NCBI GenBank assembly: GCA_965208125.1
Contig: OZ242320.1
Span: forward strand, 4,384,001-4,448,000
DNA from: Candidatus Latescibacterota bacterium
Lineage (GTDB): Bacteria; Latescibacterota; UBA2968
Reading direction: 5' to 3'
Length of the DNA stretch: 64,000 nucleotides
In this document: positions 47,988-57,505 of the stretch, in pieces
How the letters are laid out: each line of letters begins with the position of its first letter
Numbering within the stretch: the first letter of the stretch is position 1
The notes under the pieces: model-generated
Seen by the model: the letters and a program-made list of their open reading frames with translations, nothing else
What the model was told of the DNA's origin: nothing
Databases searched by the model: none
Translations under genes and position numbers: made by a program

Positions 47988-48798
47988 GAGGTCTCCTCAA
48001 CAATTCTATCACGGGTGTCATAGATGCGTCGTTGCAGATTACGATATCGTAAGCGCGTAGATATGCAGCACTGTTTTCTTCGACTGCTTCGTTTAAAAAT
48101 CCCACGCGAATGACGCAGGCAGCATCGGCGTCGTTCACCATCTGTGCATCTTCTATGGTGTCTCCCAGGAGGAGGACGCAGTCCTGTGGGGCACTTGCAT
48201 GACGCGCTTTGTTAAAGCTGTGGATTACCGGCTCGCAAAATCCCGCTACTGCGCCATGTGTATCGAATATCAATTTGTTTGCCGTTATTGTCACATTTGA
48301 GGTGAGCAATGATCTAACTTTTAAGAATTTTGAGATTACGTTGCCAATACCCGCGGATAAAATTAACAGGGGTATATCTCTGTCTGCCAATATGTTAAAG
48401 AAATCGATGGCACCATCGCGCAGGCGCATGAAATCACGGATAGCAATGTCTTCTATTATATCTTCAGTAAGGCCGTATTTCTGCATCATCGCAAGTGCCG
48501 CTGCCCACCAGTCGCGCATGGCGTTTTGTTTTTCTCGGTGCGAGATTGTCTGCGATATTTCAATGGGGCGATACCGCGCGTACAGACGATCCATTTCAAC
48601 GCGATATGCCTCTCCCAAATAGGCTCCGTGCGCAATTGCCGAATAGGAGGTCGCATCTTGCCCATCTTCTGTTCGCGCTTTTGTCAATGTGCGGTCCCAA
48701 TCGCTGACCACATACAGTTGTTCGGTTTTCGTATGGCTGTTCAATTGCGCGATTTTGCCCTGCAGGGCTACCTCATCAGCAATTAATACATGGTCCAT
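47974..48798 (-). CDS. Pyrimidine 5'-nucleotidase (NT5C3/UMPH-1-like HAD)
   Basis: VVSDWDRTLT, Y.PIE, M.DWW, LRDG, ILSAGIG, IHSFNK, LLGDTIEDAQM, GFLN, YDIV. Confidence 0.85.
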   Translation of the reverse strand: MDHVLIADEVALQGKIAQLNSHTKTEQLYVVSDWDRTLTKARTEDGQDATSYSAIAHGAYLGEAYRVEMDRLYARYRPIEISQTISHREKQNAMRDWWAAALAMMQKYGLTEDIIEDIAIRDFMRLRDGAIDFFNILADRDIPLLILSAGIGNVISKFLKVRSLLTSNVTITANKLIFDTHGAVAGFCEPVIHSFNKARHASAPQDCVLLLGDTIEDAQMVNDADAACVIRVGFLNEAVEENSAAYLRAYDIVICNDASMTPVIELLRRPLDTL

Positions 48799-48800
48799 AG

Positions 48801-49997
48801 TTATTGTTCGATCCGCTCGCTAATTTCACCTGTTTCTCTGTCTTTCACAATTCGTTTCAAGCGCCCATCGGGCATGCGTTCGGTTTTCAGGGTGACAAAT
48901 TGCGCGTCTGTTTCTGTCGATGCGGTTTCCCGATCTATTTCACCACCGCGCCATTCCATTTCTATTGGCTCCCATTGCTTTGTTTTTGCCGATTTGTAAC
49001 ACGCATCTATAATTGCATTGACAACATAGCCATCGTACAGGGTCTCCATTGGTTCGCGTCCTTCATCCCAGGCGTTGAACATATCCACGAACATGTCCGA
49101 ATACCCCAGTTCGGCGACTTCGTCTCCCACAGGGAAGAGCCATCCCGTATCGCCTTCGGCTTTTTCCGCCACATAACCTCCTTGTCCCACAGCAGTGAAC
49201 ATGTCAAACCCGGTGCGCAACCAGTGGTTGAGCCAGATTGTTCCTTCTGTGCCCGCGACTTCGTCCCGAAGGTCCATGCCTCCGCGAAATGCCCATCCGA
49301 CTTCAAATTGGCCCATGGATCCATTTTCAAATTTGATTAATCCAATCCCGTGATCCTCTGCTTCGACTGGATGTACGAGTGTGTCGGACCAGCACATCGC
49401 TTCTACTGGGCGAATGCCTTTGCCGATGAAGTTGCGAATGATTTCGATGCAGTGACATCCCATATCGACAATCGCGCCGCCACCTGCTTTGTTTATGTCC
49501 CAGAACCAATCGCTGTGGGGACCGGGATGTGTTTCGCGCGACCGCACCCACAAGATGCGGCCCAATGCGCCGTTTTTCACGGATTCAAGGGCTTTTAAGG
49601 TTTTTGGGGGATATACCAGGTCTTCGAGATATCCGCCAAATACGCCTGCCTCTTCTACTGCATTCAGAATTTGCTGGGCTTCATCAGCAGTGCGTCCGAG
49701 GGGTTTGGTACACAATACGGCTTTGCCAGCCTGTGCCGCGAGTTTTGCAGCTTTGAGGTGTAGATCATTGGGTAAGCCGATTACCACACCGTCGGTTTCC
49801 TCGTCTTCAATTGCGGCTTTGAGGTCCGTTGTCCATCTGGGGATGTCCCATTCTTCCGCAAATGTTCTGGCGCGTTCTTCGGTCCGTGAATACACGGCTT
49901 GCACCCGATCAATGCCCCGATGCCTGTGCAAGGTCATGGTATAAAACATTCCGATCAATCCGGTTCCCAACATGGTCAATTTATGTCCTTCAGCCAT
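48801..49997 (-). CDS. Gfo/Idh/MocA oxidoreductase
   Basis: [31 protein letters not shown] 49997 after AAGGAG. Confidence 0.9.
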   Translation of the reverse strand: MAEGHKLTMLGTGLIGMFYTMTLHRHRGIDRVQAVYSRTEERARTFAEEWDIPRWTTDLKAAIEDEETDGVVIGLPNDLHLKAAKLAAQAGKAVLCTKPLGRTADEAQQILNAVEEAGVFGGYLEDLVYPPKTLKALESVKNGALGRILWVRSRETHPGPHSDWFWDINKAGGGAIVDMGCHCIEIIRNFIGKGIRPVEAMCWSDTLVHPVEAEDHGIGLIKFENGSMGQFEVGWAFRGGMDLRDEVAGTEGTIWLNHWLRTGFDMFTAVGQGGYVAEKAEGDTGWLFPVGDEVAELGYSDMFVDMFNAWDEGREPMETLYDGYVVNAIIDACYKSAKTKQWEPIEMEWRGGEIDRETASTETDAQFVTLKTERMPDGRLKRIVKDRETGEISERIEQ

Positions 49998-50026
49998 TTT
50001 AAACTCCTTGAAAAAGTTATCAGCAA

Positions 50027-50557
50027 TCACCCAAACAACGTCGGTTGAATCACACCTTCATGCGTTAAGAGAAATTTTTTCTTGTCCATTCCCCCGGCAT
50101 ATCCCGTTAGATGACCGGATGCGCCGATTACGCGGTGACACGGTACCACTATTGCCACGGGATTTTTGCCATTGGCCGCACCCACGGCTTGCGATGCACC
50201 CGCATTGCCCAATGCGCGGGCGAGGTCGCCATAGGTTCGCGTCTCTCCAAAGGGGATATCCAGCAGTAATTTCCATACCCGCTTCTGAAAATCCGTTCCT
50301 CGTAAATCCAACGGCAAATCGAAAACTTTCAGTGTTCCATCAAAATACATCGCGAGTTGTTCGGCCGTCGCATTTATGATCGGATGATTCACTGCGCGAG
50401 GCAAATTTATCTTTGCCTGTTCGGTTTGATCACCTTCAAATGCAACCGCATGTACGCCATTATCTGAGGCCAATACGGTCAACGGGCCCAGTGGACTTGC
50501 CATATCTTCCCATAAGGTCTCTCGCGGCAATTGCTTTAAGATTTGTAAATCTAACAC
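50027..50557 (-). CDS. ogt: Methylated-DNA--protein-cysteine methyltransferase
   Basis: [30 protein letters not shown] active site. Confidence 0.93.
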   Translation of the reverse strand: MLDLQILKQLPRETLWEDMASPLGPLTVLASDNGVHAVAFEGDQTEQAKINLPRAVNHPIINATAEQLAMYFDGTLKVFDLPLDLRGTDFQKRVWKLLLDIPFGETRTYGDLARALGNAGASQAVGAANGKNPVAIVVPCHRVIGASGHLTGYAGGMDKKKFLLTHEGVIQPTLFG

Positions 50558-50663
50558 AGTGACCTCCGTGAAAGCGAGATATATCTTATCTTACATTATA
50601 CAAAAAAACGGGACGTATGCTCAAAAGAACATACATCCCGTTAGGGGAGAAAGATGGATTGGC

Positions 50664-50798
50664 TTACTCAATCGGCTTAAAACAGTATCCCACGCCTCTC
50701 ACTGTGCGGATCATTTCCTGTGCTGTGCCCAGTTTTATGCGCCTGCGACGAATGTGTGCATCGACCATCCGTCCATTGCCCAGATGGTTGTACCTCAT
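50664..50798 (-). pseudogene. Remnant of an OmpR/PhoB-family winged-helix DNA-binding domain
   Basis: Hand translation MRYNHLGNGRMVDAHIRRRRIKLGTAQEMIRTVRGVGYCFKPIE*. Matches the VD.HI..LR.KL...I.TVRGVGY pattern; no receiver domain, in-frame stop shortly upstream. Confidence 0.75.
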
Positions 50799-50949
50799 CT
50801 CCAATCTCGTTCTTGAATCCCCTCGTATTCCGTGTTATATTGAGCGGTCAAGTTATTTACCTCTTACCATCTACATGGGCTGCGGTGTCACTGACTACGG
50901 TCCCATTAACCCAAAGTTCTGATTCACTGAGTCTGACCTACGGGGTTTT

Positions 50950-50990
50950 ATCCTGATCATCCTTTCATCCTGCTTATCCTAATTCTGACA
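50950..50990. repeat. Degenerate 8-9-mer tandem repeat (ATCCT core x4)
   Basis: ATCCTGATC ATCCTTTC ATCCTGCTT ATCCTAATT CTGACA just upstream of ATG 50997. Confidence 0.6.
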
Positions 50991-50996
50991 GTGTTC

Positions 50997-52952
50997 ATGG
51001 CTCTTTCGTCTGAAATACAAGCTGAAACATCTCCTGCGCCGGATACGATAACGTTTCGGTCTATTTTGTTGGGGCTGGTGACCATTGCGGTTGCGACGTG
51101 GTATATGAGCTATTTTGCGGGGAATCTGGTCAAGAGCTATTTGCCCGTGGCTGCTTTGATTCCCTTTGTGATGTGGGTGGGGATCAATGTGGGGCTGATT
51201 CATTTCGCGCCGCGATTTGCATTGTCCCGCATTGAGTTGCTCACGATTTTTTCGATGATGTGGATTGTCGGCAGTTTGCCAGCGGTGGGGTGGGGGTTTT
51301 ATGCGGTGAGTCTGATTCCGTCGCCCGAGTTTTTCGCCTCGCCGGAAAATCGCTTGCGAGATACAGTCATTCCTTTTTTGCCCAGGTGGTTCTTTTTGGA
51401 CGCCAATATACCCGATGTACGGGCGGTGTACACCGGGCGTCATCGCGGCGATCCCGTGCCGTGGTTGCTGTGGGTGCGGCCTTTTTTCTGGTGGTTTGTC
51501 GGCTGTATCAGCGCGGTGATGGCGGGATTTTTCGGTAGCGTGCTTTTTTTTAAGCAGTGGCAGGAAAAAGAGCGTCTGGTCTTTCCCATGTCCGAATTTC
51601 CCGTGGCTTTGATCGAGGGCGCAGATGAGGGCCGCGTGCCCGCTGTGTTGCGAGACAAAATTTTCTGGATCGGGTTCTGGTGTGTGGGCGGTGTGATTTG
51701 CTGGAATATTGTGGGTTATTTTCAGCTAAATATGCCCCGGATTACGATTTTTGATCACTATCTCACCAAAGCTGTGGATTTGGGTCCGTATTTTCCTGCG
51801 TATTATTTGCGCGTGCAGCCACTGATTATGGGCCTGGCCTATCTTTGTCCGGCCGATATTTTGTTCAGTGTGTGGTTTTACAATGTGATCAATATTTTTA
51901 AGGTGGGGCTGCTGAATCGAACGGGCTTTACGGTGGGATTAGAGGGGCAGCCCGCCAAGGCCGGTGAGATTGCGATGCTCGAGATGCACGGCGCACTGGC
52001 TTGCCTGGTACTGTGGTCGGTGTGGGTTGCGCGGAAACACTTAAGGGAGACGGTGCAAAAGGCTTTGAACCGTTCCCGCGCCGTTGATGATGGCGTGCCC
52101 GTTACGTATCGCACGGCATGGGTTGGGCTGGGGTTGGCAACGGTTGGTGTCGGCGGCTGGATGATGTCCTCGGGAGTGGGGTTCTGGGCGATGGTGGGGC
52201 AACTCATTCTGATGTTTATGTGTTATTTCGGCATTGCGAAATACGCGGCCGCAACCGGATTTACCTATCTCAATCCCGCTGGCGGTAAGGGCGTGGCGCT
52301 GATTCACTCTGTGATTGGCACCTCGAGACTTTCGCCCACGTCGCAGTCGATGCTGATTTTGTTCAATCGCAATGTGTTTTTGGGAGCCTCAATCCGAACG
52401 ACCTGTCTGGCTGCTATTCCGCATATTTTTCGCATGTTTGGCAATTCGCTGCGCCGGCATCCGTGGATATGGGGGATGGTGCCGCTGGCGTATTTGGTCG
52501 GGTATATGAGTGCGGGTGGTTTTTATTTGTTTCGGTGTTATGACGAAGGCGGGTTGAATGGGCTGCTGGTGTCGTGGCCTATGGATTCACTCATTTCGCG
52601 GGTGCCCTATATTGAAGGCAGCAAAATATCGGTTTTTGATACGCAAAAGCTCGGTGTGTGGTTGTTTGGGTTTGCAGAAGCAGGTATTTTGACTTATTTG
52701 CGTTCGCAGTTTGCGTGGTGGCCTTTTCATCCGGTCGCTATTGCGTTTCCGCCCGGGCGATATGCGTTTTGTTTGTTGCTCGTGTGGCTGGTGAAGGTGG
52801 TTGTGTTGCGATTTGGTGGCGTGCAGCTTTACAGGCGGTCGCTGCCGTTCTGGTATGGCGCGATTGTCGGATATTTGTTTGGCATTGCGTTGTCGAGTGT
52901 TGTGGATGCGATCTGGTTTCCAGATAGCAGGCATTTTGTTCACGGTTGGTAA
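50997..52952 (+). CDS. Polytopic membrane protein, DUF6785/DUF6784-like (putative transporter)
   Basis: Many TM segments; ELLTIFSM, YFASPEN-like FFASPEN, QWQEKERLVFP, WWPFHPV motifs. Confidence 0.8.
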   Translation: MALSSEIQAETSPAPDTITFRSILLGLVTIAVATWYMSYFAGNLVKSYLPVAALIPFVMWVGINVGLIHFAPRFALSRIELLTIFSMMWIVGSLPAVGWGFYAVSLIPSPEFFASPENRLRDTVIPFLPRWFFLDANIPDVRAVYTGRHRGDPVPWLLWVRPFFWWFVGCISAVMAGFFGSVLFFKQWQEKERLVFPMSEFPVALIEGADEGRVPAVLRDKIFWIGFWCVGGVICWNIVGYFQLNMPRITIFDHYLTKAVDLGPYFPAYYLRVQPLIMGLAYLCPADILFSVWFYNVINIFKVGLLNRTGFTVGLEGQPAKAGEIAMLEMHGALACLVLWSVWVARKHLRETVQKALNRSRAVDDGVPVTYRTAWVGLGLATVGVGGWMMSSGVGFWAMVGQLILMFMCYFGIAKYAAATGFTYLNPAGGKGVALIHSVIGTSRLSPTSQSMLILFNRNVFLGASIRTTCLAAIPHIFRMFGNSLRRHPWIWGMVPLAYLVGYMSAGGFYLFRCYDEGGLNGLLVSWPMDSLISRVPYIEGSKISVFDTQKLGVWLFGFAEAGILTYLRSQFAWWPFHPVAIAFPPGRYAFCLLLVWLVKVVVLRFGGVQLYRRSLPFWYGAIVGYLFGIALSSVVDAIWFPDSRHFVHGW

Positions 52953-52966
52953 AGGGGAGTGCGATT

Positions 52967-55192
52967 ATGTCTGATGCAGAAGTAAAAAAGTTATATGGGA
53001 GTGCGACAGTGAGTCCGTCGGAAGATGTGGTGGCCGGGTCCTATGGCACATGGACGCTGACTTATACGGCAGGGGAAAAAGGGGTTGCAAGAGGAGGGAC
53101 GATTCGAATTTATACAGATGCGGATTCAGACCGTGCAACCCCTCAGATGGATGATCCCGCGGGGGCAGATTATTTGACGGTTGACGCGCCGAAAGAAGCG
53201 CGTGTGGGCGCTCTGGTGCAGAGTATGATGTCGCTTTTGCTGACTGTAAATGGACGTGCTCTGGCAGCGGGCAAGCAGGTCTCGGTGACTTATGGCGATA
53301 CGACAGGTGGCGGACCGGGGTTTCGGTCGCAGACTTTTGCCGAGGCGCAGCACTTTTTTTGGGTGGCTGTCGATGCGGGAGATGGAGAGGCTGCGATATT
53401 GCCCGATCCGCCGTTTTTGCGCATTGTGGGGGGCGAGGCTGTGAAGCTGGTGATCAATGCGCCGTCTATTGTCGAGTCTGGCAAACCGTTTCGCATTCAG
53501 GTTAAGGCGGAAGATGTCTGGGGGAATCCAGCGGTCTCTTATCGCGGGGATGTGGCACTCAATGGCAATGATGTGCGCGTGCCGCAAACTGTGAGTTTTG
53601 GCGATGCAGACGGGGGCGTGCGGTGGGTGGATGAATGTGTGGTCGATCGCGGGGGGATTCACCGTATTGATGCCGAAGATGGTACACTGGTTGCGCAGAG
53701 CAATCCGATTGCGTGCCGCAATGCAGCACCGCAATTCGCGCTGTATTGGGGAGACTCACACGGCGGTCAGGTGGCTATGGCGGAGAAGATTCCCGATTTT
53801 TTCAGGTATGCGCGAGATGTTGCAGCGATCCACTTTGCGGGGTATCAGCGCAATGATCACGTTTTGAGCAAACGCGATTGGGTGTTGCAGCAAGAGACAG
53901 AACGCGCGTATAATCAGCCGGGGCAATTTGTCGCTTTGCCGGGCTTTGAGTGGTCGGCGCAAACCACGCGGGGCGGGCATCACAACGTGTATTTTCGGCG
54001 GCACGATCAGCCGATCCGCCGATCTGGGCATGAGGGCCTGGCTGACAGGTCGGATGAAGATACGGATTTGAGGTATATTACAGAGGTCTATGAAGCGTAT
54101 CGCGGGACGGATACGGTGATTACGGCCCATGTGGGCGGCGAACATTCCGATTTGCAATATCACGATCCCTATCTGGAACCCGCTGTGGAAGTGACGTCGG
54201 ATCACGGGACATTTGAGTGGATTTTGCAGGAAACCTTTGAGCGCAATTATCGCATGGGATTTTTCGGCGGGAGCGATAGCCACAACGGGCGACCGGGCGG
54301 GGATACGCCGGGTTTTCAGCACCGCCGTTATGCCAAGGCGGGATTGGCTGCGGTTTACGCTCCCGAGTTGACGATTGAGAGTGTCCTGGACGCGTACAAA
54401 GCGCGGCGCATTTACGCGACGACAGGTGCGCGAATTTTGCTGCATACTTCGTGTGAGGACCATTGGATGGGGGAGGAGTTCACAACGGGAAATACACCGC
54501 GTATCTCGGCTTTTGTAGCGGGTACTGCGCCGTATGAATCTGTGGAATTGTATCGCGGATTGGAACGGATTTACAGCCATCCGATTGAAGGAGAAAAAGA
54601 CCGCAATCGCGTGCGTATTTTGTGGGAGGGCGCGAGTCGCAAGAGCAGTTATTCCGGTGTGATCTGGGAGGGGACTCTGAGGGTTTCGGGGCGCGCGATT
54701 GATGGTGTTGAAAAAATTCGATTTGACAGTCCGCGCTCTCGCGTTTTTGATGTGACCGATGAGGGGTTGCGCTGGTATTCTGTGGCGTGTGGATATCGTA
54801 GTGGTATAATTCTGGATCTACCGGGCGATGGCGATGTGGATATTGAATGCGTGGTGAATACTTCGGTTATTACCGGTCCTTTATTCGGTGATCAAGGGAT
54901 CAAACCGCCGAGGCGCATGTCTTATGCGCCGGCTGAAAAGGTCGGATTTCACGTTGGGTTAAGTGATCTGGAAAATGGTCCGGTGACAATGGAACTCGGT
55001 CCATTGAACCGGCGCGTGACCATTGATTTCGCGCCCGAGGCACAGACCGCGGGAGAAGTGTCGTTCGATTTTACCGATGAAGACGCAAAGCCGGGCATTA
55101 ATCCGTATTATGTTCGCGTGGTGCAAACCGATATGGAGATGGCCTGGAGCAGTCCAATTTTTGTGGATTATGCAGTGGATAAGGAGGGTTAA
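52967..55192 (+). CDS. DUF3604-like PHP-family metallohydrolase
   Basis: YWGDSHG, NDH, GFEWS, GHHNV, H, GGSDSH, RIYATTG, AWSSPI. ATG 52967 after GGGGAG. Confidence 0.82.
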   Translation: MSDAEVKKLYGSATVSPSEDVVAGSYGTWTLTYTAGEKGVARGGTIRIYTDADSDRATPQMDDPAGADYLTVDAPKEARVGALVQSMMSLLLTVNGRALAAGKQVSVTYGDTTGGGPGFRSQTFAEAQHFFWVAVDAGDGEAAILPDPPFLRIVGGEAVKLVINAPSIVESGKPFRIQVKAEDVWGNPAVSYRGDVALNGNDVRVPQTVSFGDADGGVRWVDECVVDRGGIHRIDAEDGTLVAQSNPIACRNAAPQFALYWGDSHGGQVAMAEKIPDFFRYARDVAAIHFAGYQRNDHVLSKRDWVLQQETERAYNQPGQFVALPGFEWSAQTTRGGHHNVYFRRHDQPIRRSGHEGLADRSDEDTDLRYITEVYEAYRGTDTVITAHVGGEHSDLQYHDPYLEPAVEVTSDHGTFEWILQETFERNYRMGFFGGSDSHNGRPGGDTPGFQHRRYAKAGLAAVYAPELTIESVLDAYKARRIYATTGARILLHTSCEDHWMGEEFTTGNTPRISAFVAGTAPYESVELYRGLERIYSHPIEGEKDRNRVRILWEGASRKSSYSGVIWEGTLRVSGRAIDGVEKIRFDSPRSRVFDVTDEGLRWYSVACGYRSGIILDLPGDGDVDIECVVNTSVITGPLFGDQGIKPPRRMSYAPAEKVGFHVGLSDLENGPVTMELGPLNRRVTIDFAPEAQTAGEVSFDFTDEDAKPGINPYYVRVVQTDMEMAWSSPIFVDYAVDKEG

Positions 55193-55193
55193 G

Positions 55194-55988
55194 ATGGATG
55201 TGACGCGCATTTCAGCGTGTAGTTTTCCGCTTCGGGAAAGGGATCTGGATTATACATTTAAGGTGATTTCCGAAGCGGGGTTTGACAAAATTGATCTGGT
55301 GGGACGCATGCCGCATTTTTCGGTGACTGATCCCGATTACGATATGGATGAACTGCGTCGGGTATGCGATAAGTACGGCGTGGTATTGGCAAATATCGGG
55401 TCGTACTGCGGGCGAGATTTTATTGCCGCTTCAGAGGCTGAGAGACAGGCGGCAATGGATGAGATGAAAAAGACGCTGGATGTGGGGAAGGCGTTTGGCT
55501 CAAAGTCTATTCGCATTATGCCGGGTGATGGCAAACGCGCTTCGATTGATACGATAGTGCCCTATTTTCAGAAATCTGCAGAATACGCCGAAAAATTGGG
55601 TATTTATATGGGGATTGAGAACCACGGTACTGAAATTTCTGGCAATCCAGAGGCTTGTCAGGAGATTTGTGAGAAGGTCGATTCAGAGTATTTTGGGATT
55701 TTGTACGAGCCGTGCAATTTGATGGCTGCAGGTGCAGATTACAAGTCCGCTTTTGAAGTATTTAAGGATTATATCGTGCATGTGCATATCAAGGATGGCG
55801 ATTACAACTCGGAAGGGAAGTGGGAACGTTGCATGCTCGGTGAGGGTATTATCGATTATCACTGGGTGTGGGATCAGGTGGAAGCACTGGGCTACGATCG
55901 GGACTATGCACTGGAGTTTGAGGTGGGCGATATCGAACCCGTTGAGACGGGGTACCGGAAGTGGTATGAGACGTGGGAGAGGACGTGA
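55194..55988 (+). CDS. Sugar phosphate isomerase/epimerase (TIM barrel)
   Basis: GIENHG, YEPCN, HVHIKD, LGEG.ID, ALEFE. ATG 55194 after AAGGAGG. Confidence 0.88.
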   Translation: MDVTRISACSFPLRERDLDYTFKVISEAGFDKIDLVGRMPHFSVTDPDYDMDELRRVCDKYGVVLANIGSYCGRDFIAASEAERQAAMDEMKKTLDVGKAFGSKSIRIMPGDGKRASIDTIVPYFQKSAEYAEKLGIYMGIENHGTEISGNPEACQEICEKVDSEYFGILYEPCNLMAAGADYKSAFEVFKDYIVHVHIKDGDYNSEGKWERCMLGEGIIDYHWVWDQVEALGYDRDYALEFEVGDIEPVETGYRKWYETWERT

Positions 55989-55998
55989 AAAGGTAGAA

Positions 55999-56212
55999 GT
56001 GTGAAGTGTGAAATGTAGGGGCAGTGCCTTGTGCCTGCCCGTTTGCGATCCGCAGATGGACGCAGATGGACGCAGATGATTGCAGGGCGAAAAATCTTTC
56101 GCCTGTACTGTGAAGTGTGAATAATTACGCCGTAGGAGCGGCATCCTTGCCGCGAATGCTACGACGAAGAGTGAAGGGGGCGGTGGGGGCTGAGGCTGAT
56201 CGCCGATAGCTG
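55999..56212. repeat. Composite repeat spacer: GTGTGAA heptamers, three different REP-like hairpins, CGCAGATGGA x3, GCTGATM-type heptamers
   Basis: Read directly from the sequence; see findings. Confidence 0.8.
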
Positions 56213-56214
56213 CT

Positions 56215-56889
56215 TCACAATAGCTCAATTGCCGCGTCGAGGCGGGGGAGTATGCGGTCGGCGTTGTCGTGATTTTGATGTGCGGTAAAGAAATTGGGGA
56301 CGGCGAAGACTGTCATGCCTGCGGCTTTTCCAGATTGTACGCCAGCGGCACTGTCTTCAAATACGACGCAGGTTTCGGGTGGTACATTGAGTGTTGCGGC
56401 GGTTTTGAGGTAGATTTCAGGGTCGGGTTTGGTGCGGGCGACGTCACTGCCCGAAAAAATAGCGCCAAAGATGTCGTGGAGTGCGTTGGCCTTTACGTGG
56501 GGCAAGACGCCATTTTGAAGTGTGGCGCGCATGCGCTGGCGCGGCGTGGATGATGCAATGCCGAGTTTGTAGTGTTTGTTTTGAAGGTGTGATAGCAGGT
56601 CGAGAAAGCCGGGCATGAGGTCGATTTGATCGGGGTTTGAGATCGCGTTTTCAAACCGGGTCATCCAGGCTTCGTGGAAGTCTTCGGGACGGATCGGCAA
56701 GTCGTAGCGTTCGACGGCGTCTGCGCTGTTGCTTTCCACGGGATGTCCAACACAGCGCACATAACCTTCGCGCGGTATGTCAATCCCCAGTTCGTTGAGT
56801 GTCTGGTTATAGGTGTTGTAATAAATATTTTCCGTATCGACAATCAGGCCGTCCATATCAAATATGACGGCCTGGTATGGTTTAGGCAT
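56215..56889 (-). CDS. HAD-IA family phosphatase (beta-PGM/CbbY-like)
   Basis: IFDMDGLIVDTE, ASS, KPDPEIY, FEDSAAGV..GKAAGM. Confidence 0.92.
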   Translation of the reverse strand: MPKPYQAVIFDMDGLIVDTENIYYNTYNQTLNELGIDIPREGYVRCVGHPVESNSADAVERYDLPIRPEDFHEAWMTRFENAISNPDQIDLMPGFLDLLSHLQNKHYKLGIASSTPRQRMRATLQNGVLPHVKANALHDIFGAIFSGSDVARTKPDPEIYLKTAATLNVPPETCVVFEDSAAGVQSGKAAGMTVFAVPNFFTAHQNHDNADRILPRLDAAIELL

Positions 56890-57121
56890 GATTGTCTCCG
56901 CAGTGATCCAGAGCTTTGGATGAGACTTCGAGATAAGACTCGACCTGCCAACGTGTGACAGTGGGAAAATCCTTTAGAAATTCTCCAATGTCATAACCCC
57001 CTTTGAGATAATCCACGAGCGTATCAACGGGAACCCGAGTGCCCGAAAATACCAAATCTCCGCTATGAATTTCAGGATCACGCGAGACAACACGCCCCAT
57101 TTCAGCCGTATTGTATTTCAT
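56882..57121 (-). CDS. DUF433 antitoxin-like protein
   Basis: DPEIHSG..VFSGTRVPV..L.DYL..G....EFL.DFP.V. Confidence 0.88.
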   Translation of the reverse strand: MKYNTAEMGRVVSRDPEIHSGDLVFSGTRVPVDTLVDYLKGGYDIGEFLKDFPTVTRWQVESYLEVSSKALDHCGDNHA

Positions 57122-57136
57122 TGTCGGTCTCTTTCG

Positions 57137-57505
57137 TTACGTTGTAGGTGAGTCTGTGCTAAGATCGTTCAAATTCAAGGTGAGAAGTGCATCTTCACTC
57201 TGATCGTCGAGAAAAGTAGCGATTCGGTCTTTGTTCCGCAACAATAAGTCGGCAACTTGGTTGGTCCCGGCATTTCCTACGACAAGCCATATTACCTTTG
57301 GCGGATAACCTCTTAAGAAACTGAGTTGACGCAGGTCTTCATCCTTTGACACGATTGCGAAACCCTGTTTAGCTGCGTAAGCCCAAATCGCTGGATCAGG
57401 TTGGCTATGAAGCCCCACTTGCTTGACACTGGCGGTGCCGGGAAAGGCTTCCTCAAGTCGCGCTACGAGCCGATGGCTGAGGTTCTCATCAAGGAGAAGT
57501 TTCAC
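57137..57505 (-). CDS. DUF5615 PIN-like toxin (VapC45-type)
   Basis: LLLDENLS, D..IW.YA, IVSKDEDL, PPKVIWL..GN; GTGA overlap with upstream gene. Confidence 0.9.
   Translation of the reverse strand: MKLLLDENLSHRLVARLEEAFPGTASVKQVGLHSQPDPAIWAYAAKQGFAIVSKDEDLRQLSFLRGYPPKVIWLVVGNAGTNQVADLLLRNKDRIATFLDDQSEDALLTLNLNDLSTDSPTT

Noticed and set aside
53756-54580. 274-aa antisense ORF, and similar shadows at 1177-1914, 17262-18008 and 35976-36815
   Set aside because: Each lies opposite a well-supported gene and has no motifs.
55989-56214. CRISPR array or tRNA in the repeat-rich spacer
   Set aside because: No constant repeat with unique spacers, no cas genes, no cloverleaf.
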